Source: Syntrophales bacterium (GTDB taxonomy: Bacteria; Desulfobacterota; Syntrophia; Syntrophales; UBA6807). Taken from it: a stretch of DNA of 64,000 bases. The translations under genes and the position numbers were made by a program. Positions 12,401 through 22,526 of the stretch are shown in pieces. Numbering within the stretch: the first letter of the stretch is position 1; each line of letters starts with the position of its first letter. The notes beneath the pieces were generated by a model. It saw nothing but the letters and a program-made list of their open reading frames with translations, was not told the DNA's origin and searched no databases. The stretch is taken from NCBI GenBank assembly GCA_040767195.1, contig JAXGPA010000002.1, positions 306,111-370,110 on the forward strand, written 5' to 3'.

Positions 12401-13592
12401 AAAGGTCGTAGGTATTGAGATCGAAGAAAAGGCTGTTGAAAAATTTCCGCGCCGTGTCGAGCGTCGGCGGATTGCTGGGTCGCAGCCGCTTGTAGATCTC
12501 CATGACCGCTTCGTCTTCCTTTTCGAGGCGGTCCAGGAGAAGGGTCTCCCGGATGCAGGCGTTGGCGCCGTCCTCATCGAGACGGATGAACCGAAGCGTG
12601 TCCACCCCCCGGTCGCGGACCTGATGCAGGCCCTCCGCCGTCAGGATTTCATTGCACGGAATGAGCACTTCCTCCGTATCCGGGTCTTTCACGTCCTCCG
12701 CCAGGACCTTTTCGAGGAGATCGTCCTGTTCCACCGGAAGGCGGGTGATTCCGGCGTCGACCATCCGCTTCAGGTTTCCCTTGGTGAACTTACGCCCCTT
12801 GCGGACCAGGGTCTCCCCCGTTTTCCCGTCCACAATGTCCTCTTTGGCCTTTTCGCCCATCAGGGCTTCATCGACGGCCATGTAGAAACGGCCTTCCCGG
12901 ATCGTCACCGTCTCGATACCGTAGAAGGTTCGCAGGAGTTCCTCCGTCGTGAACCCCATGGCTTTGAGGAGAATCGTCACGGGCATTTTTTTCCGCCGGT
13001 CGATCCGGGCATAGAGGACGTCCTTGGGATCGAATTCGATATCCAGCCACGAGCCCCGGATGGGCATGATCCGGGCGGAATAGATGAGTTTCCCACTGGA
13101 ATGGGTCCGGCCCTTGTCGTGCTCGAAAGCGATTCCCGGGGACCGGTGAAGCTGGCTGACGATGACCCGCTCGGTGCCGTTGATGATGAAGGTTCCCTTG
13201 TCGGTCATGAGCGGGATTTCGCCGAAATAAATCTCCTGCTCCTTGATATCCCGGACGGATTTCTGGCCGCTCGCCCGGTCGGTCTCGAAAACGACGAGAC
13301 GGACCACGATCTTAAGCGGGGCGGCGTAGGTCATCCCTTTCTGAATGCACTCCTGCTCGTCGTAACGGGCCTCGCCGATGGCGTAACTGACGAATTCGAG
13401 AGAGCACTTGGATCCGAAATCCTCGATGGGAAAAACACTCCTGAAAGCGCCCTGGAGACCGAAATTCCCCCGGGAGGAAGAACCCGTCTCCCGCTGGAGG
13501 AACCGGGCGTAGGATTTTTTCTGGATTTCGATAAGGTTCGGGATTTCTACGATTTTTTTGATTCGACCAAAATTCTTTCTGAATGTTGCCAT
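9489..13592 (-). CDS. rpoB: RNA polymerase beta subunit
   Basis: [34 protein letters not shown]; start placed at ATG 13592 (MATFRKNF) because of the SD AAGGAAGG. Confidence 0.99.
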   Translation of the reverse strand: MATFRKNFGRIKKIVEIPNLIEIQKKSYARFLQRETGSSSRGNFGLQGAFRSVFPIEDFGSKCSLEFVSYAIGEARYDEQECIQKGMTYAAPLKIVVRLVVFETDRASGQKSVRDIKEQEIYFGEIPLMTDKGTFIINGTERVIVSQLHRSPGIAFEHDKGRTHSSGKLIYSARIMPIRGSWLDIEFDPKDVLYARIDRRKKMPVTILLKAMGFTTEELLRTFYGIETVTIREGRFYMAVDEALMGEKAKEDIVDGKTGETLVRKGRKFTKGNLKRMVDAGITRLPVEQDDLLEKVLAEDVKDPDTEEVLIPCNEILTAEGLHQVRDRGVDTLRFIRLDEDGANACIRETLLLDRLEKEDEAVMEIYKRLRPSNPPTLDTARKFFNSLFFDLNTYDLSDVGRWKINYKLRMGSPPDMTVLTREDILKAVDYLIRLKNGLPGYTVDDIDHLGNRRIRSVGELIENQYRIGLVRMERAIKEKMSLLDVETMMPHDLVNAKPVSAVINEFYGSSQLSQFMDQTNPLSEITHKRRLSALGPGGLTRERAGFEVRDVHNTHYGRICPVETPEGPNIGLIVSLSSYARVNDFGFIETPSVVVENGKVTDKIVYLSATEEETEVIAQASTHLNDKGMIDEPLVIAKKGGNYVTVEPGEVTLMDVSPDQLVSVAAGLIPFLEHDDANRALMGSNMQRQAVPLLKPDAPVVGTGMESVVARDSGAVIVARRSGVVEDVDASRIVIKCNEELADDIDTGVDIYNLTKYQRSNQDTCFNHKPIVTRGTWVNRGEIIADGPATENGELALGKNVMVAFMSWGGYNYEDSILVSERIVKEDIYTSIHIEEFETVARDTKLGKEEITRDIPNVGDEALRNLDESGIVRRGVFVKAGDILVGKVTPKGETQLSPEEKLLRAIFGEKAGDVRDTSLRVPPGEEGIVIDAKIFNRKGTEKDPRSEKIEREETERILKDRDDEIRIIQGNVRNKIRELVVGQKAASKLSDPNRKRVLLKKGEEITEDILNGIPFYLWKDLALEDEATEEKLTHLFSNFDRKVDLIKAFFAEKIEKLKAGDELPPGVIKLVKVYIAVKRKLSVGDKMAGRHGNKGVLSRILPEEDMPFFIDGTPVDIILNPLGVPSRMNVGQILETHLGWAAKGLGEKIQAVMEQKYSPSAIRKELKRIYGSREFSRFVDGATEDELRRFVDRLKTGIPMASPVFDGAKEEQIKDILQEARLPVTGQTLLFDGRTGEPFDQMITVGMIYMMKLHHLVDDKIHARSIGPYSLVTQQPLGGKAQFGGQRLGEMEVWAIEAYGAAHSLQEFLTVKSDDVAGRTRIYEAIVKGEHSLEPGLPESFNVLVKELQGLAIDVDLVENPEEKES

Positions 13593-13612
13593 AGCCTTCC
13601 TTTGAATGAATC

Positions 13613-13639
13613 CGCCCCTTCCCACGAAGGGAAGGGGCG
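13613..13639 (-). other. Perfect 11-bp GC hairpin in the rplL-rpoB spacer (possible attenuator/processing site)
   Basis: CGCCCCTTCCC-N5-GGGAAGGGGCG; no U-tract follows on the minus strand. Confidence 0.45.
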
Positions 13640-13646
13640 AACTGTT

Positions 13647-14036
13647 CTACTTTACTTCGACGGTGGCCCCGACCTCCTCGAGCTTCTTTTTGATATCCTC
13701 GGCCTCCGCCTTGGAAACGCCCTCTTTCACCGGTTTGGGCACACCCTCCACGAGGTCTTTCGCTTCTTTCAGCCCCAGGCTCGTAATGGCCCGGACAACC
13801 TTGATGACCTGGATCTTCTCCGCGCCGAAACTCGTCAGGATGACGTTGAACTCCGTCTTTTCCTCTTCCGCCGCCGCCTGAGCCGGGGCACCGGCCGCCG
13901 CCGCCGGCGCCACCGCCACGGCCGCCGCGGCGGAAACACCGAGCCTTTCTTCCAGGTCCTTCACCAGCTCCGAAAGTTCTACAACAGTTAACCCCTCGAT
14001 AAATTTGATCACATCTTCTTTTGTAATGTTGGACAT
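13647..14036 (-). CDS. rplL: 50S ribosomal protein L7/L12
   Basis: Ala-rich hinge, [21 protein letters not shown]. Confidence 0.99.
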   Translation of the reverse strand: MSNITKEDVIKFIEGLTVVELSELVKDLEERLGVSAAAAVAVAPAAAAGAPAQAAAEEEKTEFNVILTSFGAEKIQVIKVVRAITSLGLKEAKDLVEGVPKPVKEGVSKAEAEDIKKKLEEVGATVEVK

Positions 14037-14070
14037 GGTGCTCTTCTTCCTTCCTGTATTGTTCTTTTTC

Positions 14071-14595
14071 TTAAGCTTCCTGTTCCTTTTTCATCCGGTA
14101 GGCCGCGAGCGTCTGAACGAGTTTTCTCGGAACGCCCGCCAGCACGTTCACCAGCCCTGTCTGAACGCCGACCATGACGGAGAGCAACTGCCCCAGGAGG
14201 ATCTCCCGTCCCGGCAGCGCCGCCAGGGCGGCCAGCTGTTCCCGGGTCAGGATCTTGCCCTGGAGAACGCCGACCTTGATGTCCAGCTCGGCGTTCTTCT
14301 TGGCGAAAGCGGCCATGACCTTGGCCGGTTCCACGACATCCCCGAAATTCATGATGAGCGCCAGGGGACCCTTCAGATGCTCTTCCAGCTTATCGTAATC
14401 CGTTCCCTGAGAGGCAATCCTCATGAGAGTGTTCTTGATCACCCGCATTTCCGAATCGGCCTTCCTCAGCTCGTTACGGAGATCCGTAAGCTTCGCCACG
14501 TTCATCCCGGTGTAACCGGCCAGAATGGCTATCTTGGCCGCTTTCAACTTCTCATGAAGCTCGGCGACCATGTTCTCTTTTGCGGCTCGATCCAA
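14071..14595 (-). CDS. rplJ: 50S ribosomal protein L10
   Basis: VIKNTL motif, [14 protein letters not shown] start; position between rplA and rplL. Confidence 0.97.
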   Translation of the reverse strand: MDRAAKENMVAELHEKLKAAKIAILAGYTGMNVAKLTDLRNELRKADSEMRVIKNTLMRIASQGTDYDKLEEHLKGPLALIMNFGDVVEPAKVMAAFAKKNAELDIKVGVLQGKILTREQLAALAALPGREILLGQLLSVMVGVQTGLVNVLAGVPRKLVQTLAAYRMKKEQEA

Positions 14596-14689
14596 TTCCT
14601 CGACCTCCTTTCCTTGGTCACATATCGAAGAAGGGAAAAAGCCGGAGCGACATACAGGAAGACAGTGAAAAAGAAGAGAGCACTATCCC

Positions 14690-14746
14690 GTCTCGGCAGG
14701 CCATGTCCCCATGTTTAAACATCTTCCCGTACCTGCTTTCTCCGAC
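14690..14746 (-). promoter_or_regulatory. L10 leader (rplJ autoregulatory RNA), core region
   Basis: Minus strand GTCGGAGAAAGCAGG...TTTAAA...CCTGCCGAGAC resembles the L10-leader kink-turn consensus; lies in the rplA-rplJ spacer. Confidence 0.7.
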
Positions 14747-14787
14747 TTGATGCCCTGTTTTAAGTTTTCCGAACCAAAACGGACGTA

Positions 14788-15492
14788 TTACTGCAGGGTA
14801 TTCCTCACATCCAGGGGGTCCGCTTTCACCCCGGGGCCCATGGTCGTCGAGAGGGCGACGGACCTCAAATACGTGCCCTTGCTTGACGAGGGTTTCAGCT
14901 TGATGATGGTTTCCAGAAGAGCGACCAGGTTCTCAAGGATCTTGTCCGCCCCGAAGGAGACTTTTCCGAGGGGCGAGTGAACGATCCCCGCCTTTTCCAC
15001 GCGGAACTCGACTTTGCCGGCCTTGGTCTCCTTCACGGCATTGGCCACGTTGAAGGTCACCGTTCCGACTTTCGGGTTGGGCATGAGCCCCCGGGGACCG
15101 AGGATCTTTCCCAGTTTTCCCACGCTGCCCATCATGTCCGGCGTAGCGATGACCCGGTCGAAATCGAGCCAGCCGCCCCTGATTTTCTCGACGAGGTCAT
15201 CGGCACCGGTAAAATCGGCACCGGCGTCGAGAGCTTCCTTTTCCTTTTCGCCCTTGGCGAAAACGAGAACCCGCACGGTCTTGCCCAGGCCGTGGGGAAG
15301 AACGACGCTTCCCCGGACCATCTGATCGGCATGCTTCGGATTGACCCCGAGCCGGATGGCCACGTCCACCGTCTCGTCGAATTTCGCCGCGCCCGCCGAA
15401 ACGGCGAGCTCAACGGCTTCCTTCAGCGGATAACGCTTCGCCGGTTCGATCTTTTTCTTGTTCTCCAGGTATTTTCTGCTTTTCCTTGACAT
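14788..15492 (-). CDS. rplA: 50S ribosomal protein L1
   Basis: [30 protein letters not shown]. Confidence 0.99.
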   Translation of the reverse strand: MSRKSRKYLENKKKIEPAKRYPLKEAVELAVSAGAAKFDETVDVAIRLGVNPKHADQMVRGSVVLPHGLGKTVRVLVFAKGEKEKEALDAGADFTGADDLVEKIRGGWLDFDRVIATPDMMGSVGKLGKILGPRGLMPNPKVGTVTFNVANAVKETKAGKVEFRVEKAGIVHSPLGKVSFGADKILENLVALLETIIKLKPSSSKGTYLRSVALSTTMGPGVKADPLDVRNTLQ

Positions 15493-15519
15493 ACCCCTCA
15501 GCTCCGAATCTGTATTCCT

Positions 15520-15942
15520 TTAGACGATCTCTATCCCCATGGATCTTGCCGTCCCCTGGACGGTCCGAATCGCTCCTTCAAGGTCCACGGCGTTCAGGTC
15601 CTTCATTTTCAGCTCGGCGATTTCCCGGACCTGCTTGGACGTGACCTTTCCCACCTTTTCCCGCTTCGGGTCGCCGGCTCCCTTGGCGATTTTGGCCGCC
15701 TGCTTGAGAAGCACCGACGCGGGCGGGGTCTTGGTCACGAAGGTGAAGGAGCGGTCCGCGTAGACCGTGATGACGACCGGGATGACCGTCCCTTCCTGGC
15801 CCGCCGTCAGGGCGTTGTAAGCTTTGCAGAACTCCATGATGTTCACACCGTGCTGGCCGAGAGCGGGCCCGATGGGGGGGGAGGGTGTCGCCTTTCCCGC
15901 CTGTATCTGCAACTTTATATTCGCGATCACTTTCTTTGCCAT
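15520..15942 (-). CDS. rplK: 50S ribosomal protein L11
   Basis: MAKKV start at 15942, [28 protein letters not shown]. Confidence 0.99.
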   Translation of the reverse strand: MAKKVIANIKLQIQAGKATPSPPIGPALGQHGVNIMEFCKAYNALTAGQEGTVIPVVITVYADRSFTFVTKTPPASVLLKQAAKIAKGAGDPKREKVGKVTSKQVREIAELKMKDLNAVDLEGAIRTVQGTARSMGIEIV

Positions 15943-16011
15943 AACAATCACCCTGTCATACGTTCTTTGTCGCTTCCGATTCCCGGAACCCGCGTTTGTT
16001 GATGGAGGATT

Positions 16012-16548
16012 TCAGCTCTGGACGACCTGGATAAAGTCCAATTCAACGGGTGTGGATCTTCCGAAAATGCTGACGATGACCCGGAGTTTCCCTTTTTCCG
16101 GTTTCACCTCGTCGACGATTCCGTCAAAATTGGTGAAGGGTCCGTCGATGATTTTCACATGATCTCCCGTCTCGAAATTGTACTTGGGTTTGGGCTTAAG
16201 CGTCCCTTCATCGATCCGCGTCCTGAGGACCTGGACATCCTCGTCGGATATGGGGGACGGCATGTCCCGGCTCCCGATGAACCCGGTCACTTTGGGCGTG
16301 TTCTTGACGATATGCCACGTCTCGTCGTTCAGTATCATCCGAACGAGGATATACCCCGGGAAAAATTTTCTTTTCGAGGTTTTCTTCTCCCCTTTGACAA
16401 GTTCGACAATGTCTTCCTCGGGAATGAGGATATCCTCGAAATGATCCTCCATTCCCGCCGAGGCGATGCGCTCCCTCAGGGACACCTTGACCCGGTTCTC
16501 GTATCCCGAGTAGGTGTGGATCACGTACCAACGGAAACCGGACATCAT
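16012..16548 (-). CDS. nusG: Transcription termination/antitermination factor NusG
   Basis: WYVIHTYSGYE, FFPGYIL, KOW motif DGPFTNFDG, IFGRSTPVEL. Confidence 0.99.
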   Translation of the reverse strand: MMSGFRWYVIHTYSGYENRVKVSLRERIASAGMEDHFEDILIPEEDIVELVKGEKKTSKRKFFPGYILVRMILNDETWHIVKNTPKVTGFIGSRDMPSPISDEDVQVLRTRIDEGTLKPKPKYNFETGDHVKIIDGPFTNFDGIVDEVKPEKGKLRVIVSIFGRSTPVELDFIQVVQS

Positions 16549-16555
16549 GACCCCG

Positions 16556-16759
16556 CTATCCCAAGACCAGACGGATGATTTTGGTCAGCCCGAGATCGAC
16601 CATCCCGAGAAAGATGGATATAACGAAAACCAGGACGATCACCACGGAAGTTGTCGCCATCGCGTCCTTCGGGGTGGGCCAGGTGACTTTCCGGAGTTCA
16701 GCCCGGGACTCTTTCAGAAATTGCAGGGACTTGGAGTAATATTCCTTTATTTTTTCCAT
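16556..16759 (-). CDS. secE: Preprotein translocase subunit SecE
   Basis: ELRKVTWP plus one TM helix; position between tRNA-Trp and nusG. Confidence 0.97.
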   Translation of the reverse strand: MEKIKEYYSKSLQFLKESRAELRKVTWPTPKDAMATTSVVIVLVFVISIFLGMVDLGLTKIIRLVLG

Positions 16760-16791
16760 GTCAGCGGCGGCCGGTGGTCCAGTAAAAAAAA

Positions 16792-16868
16792 TGGCAGGCC
16801 AGGAGGGACTCGAACCCCCAGCATCCGGATTTGGAGTCCGGCGCTCTATCCATTAGAGCTACTGGCCT
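16792..16868 (-). tRNA. tRNA-Trp (CCA)
   Basis: AGGCCAG acceptor, anticodon loop CTCCAAA, GTTCGAG T-loop, encoded CCA end. Confidence 0.97.
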
Positions 16869-16904
16869 GTTTCCCGATCAAATAGACGAAGCCTCTCTGT
16901 AAAG

Positions 16905-17054
16905 CTACTTTGTCTCCCGGTGAACGGTGTGGCTGCGGCAGAAAGGACAGAATTTCTTCAATTCCAGCCGGTTCTGCATGGTCCGCTTGTTTTTCGTCGT
17001 CGAGTAGTTCCTTCTCTTACACTCGTTGCAGGCAAGTGTTATGATATTTCTCAT
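16905..17054 (-). CDS. rpmG: 50S ribosomal protein L33 (zinc-binding C+ form), 49 aa; below the ORF-track cutoff
   Basis: Manual translation [49 protein letters not shown]. Confidence 0.97.
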   Translation of the reverse strand: MRNIITLACNECKRRNYSTTKNKRTMQNRLELKKFCPFCRSHTVHRETK

Positions 17055-17076
17055 GGTCTATAACCTGCTTTTTCCA

Positions 17077-17152
17077 TGGAGCCCACGACCAGGATTGAAC
17101 TGGTGACCTCATCCTTACCAAGGATGTGCTCTACCGACTGAGCTACGTGGGC
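17077..17152 (-). tRNA. tRNA-Thr (GGT)
   Basis: GCCCACG acceptor, loop TTGGTAA, GTTCAAT T-loop, CCA end. Confidence 0.97.
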
Positions 17153-17202
17153 CTCACGCATTCTGACCGCTCATCCCTTAACGGATCAGCTTACCGTTTC
17201 AA

Positions 17203-17278
17203 TGGAGCGGGAAACGGGATTCGAACCCGCGACCCTCAGCTTGGAAGGCTGATGCTCTAGCCACTGAGCTACTCCCGC
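17203..17278 (-). tRNA. tRNA-Gly (TCC)
   Basis: GCGGGAG acceptor, loop CTTCCAA, GTTCGAA, CCA end. Confidence 0.97.
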
Positions 17279-17303
17279 ATACCGACGAAAAAAACATTCA
17301 CGA

Positions 17304-17388
<85 letters not shown>

Positions 17389-17405
17389 ACGGGAAACCTT
17401 CAATC

Positions 17406-17481
17406 TGGAGCTGGCGATGGGACTCGAACCCGCAACCGGCTGATTACAAATCAGCTGCTCTACCGATTGAGCTACGCCAGC
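17406..17481 (-). tRNA. tRNA-Thr (TGT)
   Basis: GCTGGCG acceptor, loop TTTGTAA, GTTCGAG, CCA end. Confidence 0.97.
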
Positions 17482-17552
17482 GCGATACACCCCTCCGCCC
17501 GCCAATGCTTTTAAAGACCCCGGAAAACGCACAGGGTGAAACCGAAGGACGG

Positions 17553-17582
17553 AGTCTATGCCCAAAGGGCGCCTTTTGTCAA
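17553..17582 (-). promoter_or_regulatory. Putative sigma70 promoter of the tRNA/secE/nusG cluster (TTGACA-N18-TAGACT)
   Basis: Consensus -35, near-consensus -10, about 70 bp upstream of the first tRNA. Confidence 0.65.
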
Positions 17583-17609
17583 GACTTTTTTCACCTGTCC
17601 CGCAGGCCC

Positions 17610-19145
17610 CTATTTTTCGCCCTCGCCGAATATATCCGCGGAAAAGGAATATATTTTCGCATCCCTGTCTTTCCAGGCATCACTTTTCAAGCCCGCCTTC
17701 CGGCAGGTTTCGGCGAGAAAGGTTTCGCGGTCCCAGCCGTATTCCACCGCCACCTGTGGAAGGAGCAGACCGGAGCGATGACCCTTGACGATATAGAGAC
17801 CATGCCTCCCCACCTCGATTTCCCCCACATCCTGGACAGGGACAAGAGGCGTCAGGACGGAAATCTCGATGGACAGTCCCCGGAGTTCGTCGGCGGTAAC
17901 GGGATAAAACCTCGGATCTTCGAAGGCCGCCGCCCGGGCCATTTCCTGAACCGTTTCAAGAAGAGGCTTCCGCCCCTCGATATACCCGATGCAGCCCCGG
18001 AGGCGTTCGTCTTTTTTCAGGGTCACGAAGGCCCCCCGTTTCTCCTGAAGGCGCTCCGATTCACTTTCCGGCGGCGGTGCGGGCTTACCCGCCAGGCGGG
18101 CCTCGATGCTTTTTCGGGCGCTCCGGAGAAGGGTTCCCTTCTCTTGCCGGCTCAGACCGAGGTTCACGCCTGCGTCCCCGCTTTCTCGTTTTCCCTGCCG
18201 GCCATCGGGACGGTAGAGGAGGGCGGACAAATATCCCACGACGCCGCTTTTGTCTCCTGTCACGTCTCCCGAATTGGCATACTTGAGGATTCTCACGGCG
18301 GCACCCCCCCGCTTTTCCGCCACCATCATGGCCACGGCCACGGGACCGCCGCCGCAGGCTTCCCCTTTCCCCGTCTCCAAGGCTTTCAGGAAGGCCCGGA
18401 CATCCAGGCGGGCGATCCTGTCGATGAGTTCCGTGTCCATGGCCACGGCCTCCCGGTAGCTGTGATAATGAGACAGGTCCGTGCTGGCGACGATGAGAAC
18501 GTTCCGATCACCCACGGCCGAGACAATGGCCTCGGCGAGACGGCGGCAGGTGTCCTCGTCCTGGGTTCCCATGGCGACGGGAACGAACGTGAAATCTCCC
18601 AGGACAACTTGAAGAAAGGGAAGCTGCATTTCGATGGAATTCTCCTGGGCAAAGGCTTCCGGGCGGAAGGACAGGATCTTGTCCCGGGCCAGGAGGGCCC
18701 CGGCGAGCTCGACATCCACGGGCACCACCCCCAGGGGTGTTTCGAAGCCCCCTCGGTCATAGACGGACGCCCCGCGGAAATAGGCGCGATGGCTCGGCCC
18801 GATGACGATGACCGAATCGTAGGATTTACCCTCAATCTGCCTGTATCCGAAGGCGGCCACCTGGCCCGAGTAAACCAGACCGGCGTGGGGGGACACAAGG
18901 GCGACAATGGTGCCGCCTTCTTTTTCACCGGGTACCTTGGCGAGGTAGCTGAGAATATCGGCCCTCAGCCTTTCCGGGTTACCGGGGTACCACGTCCCGG
19001 CCAGAACGGATCTCTTGATATCCTGGACCATGTCGCACTCCCCTCTGTCCTTGAGGACAATGAGAAAAATCAAAAAAATAACAAGGCCCGCCGCCGCGAG
19101 ACGGCCTGTTGTTTTCACTTTCATCGACTGGGGTGCCCTTTCCAT
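17610..19145 (-). CDS. amrB: AmmeMemoRadiSam system protein B-A fusion (MEMO1 domain + AMMECR1 domain)
   Basis: AGTWYP, PHAGLVYSG, ASTDLSHY, ACGGGP (Memo); RGAFVTL, LRGCIGY, AAFEDPRF, SGLLLPQV (AMMECR1). Start uncertain (19145, 19121 or 19031). Confidence 0.9.
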   Translation of the reverse strand: MERAPQSMKVKTTGRLAAAGLVIFLIFLIVLKDRGECDMVQDIKRSVLAGTWYPGNPERLRADILSYLAKVPGEKEGGTIVALVSPHAGLVYSGQVAAFGYRQIEGKSYDSVIVIGPSHRAYFRGASVYDRGGFETPLGVVPVDVELAGALLARDKILSFRPEAFAQENSIEMQLPFLQVVLGDFTFVPVAMGTQDEDTCRRLAEAIVSAVGDRNVLIVASTDLSHYHSYREAVAMDTELIDRIARLDVRAFLKALETGKGEACGGGPVAVAMMVAEKRGGAAVRILKYANSGDVTGDKSGVVGYLSALLYRPDGRQGKRESGDAGVNLGLSRQEKGTLLRSARKSIEARLAGKPAPPPESESERLQEKRGAFVTLKKDERLRGCIGYIEGRKPLLETVQEMARAAAFEDPRFYPVTADELRGLSIEISVLTPLVPVQDVGEIEVGRHGLYIVKGHRSGLLLPQVAVEYGWDRETFLAETCRKAGLKSDAWKDRDAKIYSFSADIFGEGEK

Positions 19146-19191
19146 GATATGGTTACATCCCGCCGCGCCGATCCGGGAAATCCAAGTATTT

Positions 19192-19221
19192 ATTATAAAA
19201 ACTATTTTGGGGTCCTGTCAA
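19192..19221 (-). promoter_or_regulatory. Sigma70 promoter with consensus hexamers (TTGACA-N18-TATAAT) for amrB-A
   Basis: Both hexamers match consensus exactly, in an AT-rich intergenic patch. Confidence 0.75.
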
Positions 19222-19256
19222 GGGTCTCCTCGGACAGGTATTCCCTGCCAACGGGA

Positions 19257-20114
19257 TCACCCCCGCGGCCGGATGAGGATGAAATTGATCTGCCGGCCCG
19301 TCGTTCCCCGGTCACCCCGGTGGGAAAAAAACACCGTCCTGTGACAGGCCGTGCACAGGCCCGCCACCTGAACGTGATCATCTCTCAAGCCGGTGTCCGC
19401 CAGCTGGGCGGCGTTCGCCCCTGCCAGATCCATCATCCACCTTCCGGGCCTTCCCGGGAGAGGCCGAAGAAACTTCGCCATACCCTTTTCTCCGGTCAGG
19501 GCCAGGCGCACCGGCTCGTCCACCTCGTAGCAGCAGGGTCCGATGGCCGGGCCGATGAGGGCGATCATCTCCGAGGGATCGGAGGAAAAGGCTTTTTTCA
19601 TGGCCTCCACCGCTCCCCGGGCGATTCCGGCCGCCGTTCCCCGCCACCCGGCATGGACCGCCCCGACGGCGGGCACCCGGGGATCGAGAAGAAGGATGGG
19701 GACGCAGTCCGCCGTCTTGATCCCCACGGCCAGGCCCTCGCAGGTCGTGATGATGCCGTCCGCTTCGAGAAGGCGGCTTCCCTCTTCCGTCGATTCGAGA
19801 TGGACGATCCGGTTTCCATGGACCTGGCGGACCGTGGCGAACCGTTTCACCGGCAGGTCGAAGGCCGCCGAGAGGATTTCCCCGTTTTTGCGGACGGCCT
19901 CTTCCGTATCCCCTTCCCGGGTGCTCAGGTTCAGACCGGAAAAGGGCCCTTCGCTGGCGCCCCGCCACCGGGAGCAGAAGGCGTGGTCAACGAAGGGAAA
20001 GTCCCCCAGGGCTTCTCCGGCCAGCGAGAAAACACCCCGTCGCTCGACCCAGCGGAACCCTTTCGGCAGCTCCGGAAACACCGGCACCGGCCCGGTCGCT
20101 TCTTCATATCTCAT
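19257..20114 (-). CDS. pgeF: Peptidoglycan editing factor PgeF / YfiH (DUF152) family
   Basis: QVHG, TADCVPILL, HAGWRG, GPAIGPCCYEV, FFSHRG; ATG at 20114 overlaps the rluD stop (ATGA). Confidence 0.92.
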   Translation of the reverse strand: MRYEEATGPVPVFPELPKGFRWVERRGVFSLAGEALGDFPFVDHAFCSRWRGASEGPFSGLNLSTREGDTEEAVRKNGEILSAAFDLPVKRFATVRQVHGNRIVHLESTEEGSRLLEADGIITTCEGLAVGIKTADCVPILLLDPRVPAVGAVHAGWRGTAAGIARGAVEAMKKAFSSDPSEMIALIGPAIGPCCYEVDEPVRLALTGEKGMAKFLRPLPGRPGRWMMDLAGANAAQLADTGLRDDHVQVAGLCTACHRTVFFSHRGDRGTTGRQINFILIRPRG

Positions 20115-21136
20115 TTTACGTCCCCGCCGCCGTCCCCGCGCCTGTCCCGTTCCCGGAGATCTTCCAGGAGCTTTTCCATGTCTTCGGGAAGGGGGGAGGA
20201 AAATTCCAGGTATTGCCCCGTGACGGGGTGGCGAAAGCCGATCGTCGCGGCATGGAGGGCCTGGCGCTTCATGGATCCGAGAATATCCACAAGTCCCCCG
20301 TCCCGGCCGTCCCGCTCTTTCCGCCGCGACCTGCCGTAAGTCCGGTCGCCCACCACGGGGTGGCCCATGGCGCTCAGGTGAACCCGGATCTGGTGGGTTC
20401 TCCCCGTCTCGATGGCCACCTCCAGGAAGGTGACCTCGCCAAGGCGCTCGAGCACCCGCCACCGGGTCACCGCCGTTTTTCCTCTCCGGCTCGCCGTGGA
20501 CATCCGCTTCCTGTCCGTGGGATGCCTTCCCACGGCGAGACGGATGATCCCCTCGTCCTCGCGAAAAGGTCCGTGAGCCAGGGTCCGGTATTTTTTCACC
20601 ACTTCGTGACGACGGAACTGGCCGGAGAGGGCCTCGTGGGCCCCGTCGTTTTTGGCGACCACGAGAAGACCCGAGGTGTCCTTGTCCAGGCGGTGCACGA
20701 TGCCTGGCCTCAGGACACCCCCGATGCCGGACAGGTCCGTGCAATGGTGGAGAAGGGCGTTCACCAGCGTCCCCCCGGCGTGGCCTGCAGCGGGATGGAC
20801 GACCATTCCCGCCGGCTTTTCCACCACGAGAAGATCTCGATCCTCAAAAAGCACATGGAGCAACGTTTCATCCGGGACCAGGGGGCTTTCCCGGGGCGGT
20901 TCCGGAAAAACGATGACCCGGTCACCGGGCCGCACGCGATACCCCGCTTTTTCCCGCCGCCCGTTGACGAGAATCTTTCCCCCGTCGAGCCGGCGGGCGA
21001 CCTGTGAACGGGTCATCCCGGGCACGTTCCGGGCCAGGAAGACATCGAGACGCTCTTTTACATCGTCCGTTCCCGCCACGAATTCCAGGTCTTCCTCAAC
21101 GGGGGGGCTCTTCACCGGTTCTTTCTTCCCCTGCAA
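20111..21136 (-). CDS. rluD: RluA-family pseudouridine synthase (RluD-like, with S4 domain)
   Basis: KPAGMVVHP, GIVHRLDKDTSG, ETGRTHQIRVH; adjacent to pgeF. Confidence 0.9.
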   Translation of the reverse strand: MQGKKEPVKSPPVEEDLEFVAGTDDVKERLDVFLARNVPGMTRSQVARRLDGGKILVNGRREKAGYRVRPGDRVIVFPEPPRESPLVPDETLLHVLFEDRDLLVVEKPAGMVVHPAAGHAGGTLVNALLHHCTDLSGIGGVLRPGIVHRLDKDTSGLLVVAKNDGAHEALSGQFRRHEVVKKYRTLAHGPFREDEGIIRLAVGRHPTDRKRMSTASRRGKTAVTRWRVLERLGEVTFLEVAIETGRTHQIRVHLSAMGHPVVGDRTYGRSRRKERDGRDGGLVDILGSMKRQALHAATIGFRHPVTGQYLEFSSPLPEDMEKLLEDLRERDRRGDGGGDVK

Positions 21137-22526
21137 TCCTCTTCAGCCCCTTTTCAATGAAAGCGATTTCCTCCTCGACCACGGTGCGGAGATCCAGGAG
21201 AACCTCCTCCTGGGAAACCCTGCCGATGACAGGGACATCGAGCGCCCGAAGCCTTTTTCCCAGGCTGGAGGCCGAAAGGGTTTTCGGACGGAGAGCGACG
21301 AGCACGGTTTCCAGTTCTTCCGTGGGCAACGCCCCGCCGCCCACCAGGGAAACGCCGCTTTTCAGGGCTACGTCAAGAAAAGCTCCCAGCGGCTTCAGTT
21401 TCCGCACCAGGATCCGGGCTTTCCTTTTGACCTGTTTCGGGGTTTCCAGGAGGGACCGGAATACGGGGAGGGAACCGGGGGCGCTTTCCCGGTCCAGGTA
21501 CAGCCGCAGGGTCCCTTCCAGGGCCGCCAGGGTCAGCTTGTCGATCCGGAGGGCCCGGTTGAGGGGGTTTCTCGCAATCCTTTCGATGTAGGACCGCTTA
21601 CCGAGAACGATCCCCGCCTGCGGCCCCCCCAGGAGCTTGTCGCCGCTGAAGGTCACAACGTCCACACCCGTCGCCACGGCGTCCCGGACGGTGGGCTCGT
21701 CGGTGAGGCCGTATCGAGCGAGATCGATGAAACACCCGCTTCCGAGATCGTTCATCACGGGAACGGCCCGCTCGTGACCGATCCGGACCAGTTCGGCGAG
21801 AGGCACTTCCCCGGTGAATCCCCGAACCCTGAAATTGCTCGTGTGGACCTTGAGGATCAAGGCCGTTCGCTCTCCCACGGCCCGCTCGTAATCGCTCCGG
21901 TGCGTCCGGTTCGTGGTTCCCACTTCCCGGAGGACGGCGCCGCTTTTTTCCATGACCTCGGGAATGCGGAACTCTCCGCCGATCTCGATGAGCTCGCCCC
22001 GGGAAACCACCGCCTCCCTTCCTTCCGCCAGCGTGTTCAGGACGAGAAGAACGGCGGCGGCGTTGTTGTTCACCACGAGGGCGTCCTCCGCCCCCGTGAG
22101 GGCGCACAGAAGGGGGCGGACGTGGTCGTACCGGAGACCCCGCTCCCCCTCAGCCAGATCGTATTCCAGGTTCGAATATCCTTGGGCCGCCTCCATGAGC
22201 CGGGCCAGGGCCTCCCCGGCGAGGGGCGCTCGCCCCAGGTTCGTGTGCAGGACGATTCCCGTGGCGTTCACCACCATGCGAAGGCCTGGCCGGCCGAGCA
22301 GGTCGAGCCGCTCCAGGACTCTCCGGGCGGACGATTCGGCCGATGGAATGGAGGCTGTTGTCCCTTCCTTCCTGAGCCTGTCCCTGGTTTCCTGGACCTC
22401 TTCCCGGACCATGCGGACCATGTATTCCCGGGGAATCTTCCCGGCGGGACCCGCCTTCTCGACAAGATGGATGATCTCGTCGATCTTGGGAAGATTTCTC
22501 AACAACGCGTTCAAGTCCTTCGTCAT
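21096..22526 (-). CDS. selA: L-seryl-tRNA(Sec) selenium transferase
   Basis: NATGIVLHTNLGRAPL, VNNNAAA, EVGTTNRT, FSGDKLLGGPQAG (PLP lysine). Confidence 0.97.
   Translation of the reverse strand: MTKDLNALLRNLPKIDEIIHLVEKAGPAGKIPREYMVRMVREEVQETRDRLRKEGTTASIPSAESSARRVLERLDLLGRPGLRMVVNATGIVLHTNLGRAPLAGEALARLMEAAQGYSNLEYDLAEGERGLRYDHVRPLLCALTGAEDALVVNNNAAAVLLVLNTLAEGREAVVSRGELIEIGGEFRIPEVMEKSGAVLREVGTTNRTHRSDYERAVGERTALILKVHTSNFRVRGFTGEVPLAELVRIGHERAVPVMNDLGSGCFIDLARYGLTDEPTVRDAVATGVDVVTFSGDKLLGGPQAGIVLGKRSYIERIARNPLNRALRIDKLTLAALEGTLRLYLDRESAPGSLPVFRSLLETPKQVKRKARILVRKLKPLGAFLDVALKSGVSLVGGGALPTEELETVLVALRPKTLSASSLGKRLRALDVPVIGRVSQEEVLLDLRTVVEEEIAFIEKGLKRIAGEERTGEEPPR

Noticed and set aside
9471..13991. 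1506-aa plus-strand ORF, and similar long antisense ORFs (5685-7967, 17367-20339, 43255-44985, 50256-52463)
   Set aside because: They mirror well-supported genes on the opposite strand. High GC at third codon positions suppresses antisense stops, and the products show no recognisable motifs.
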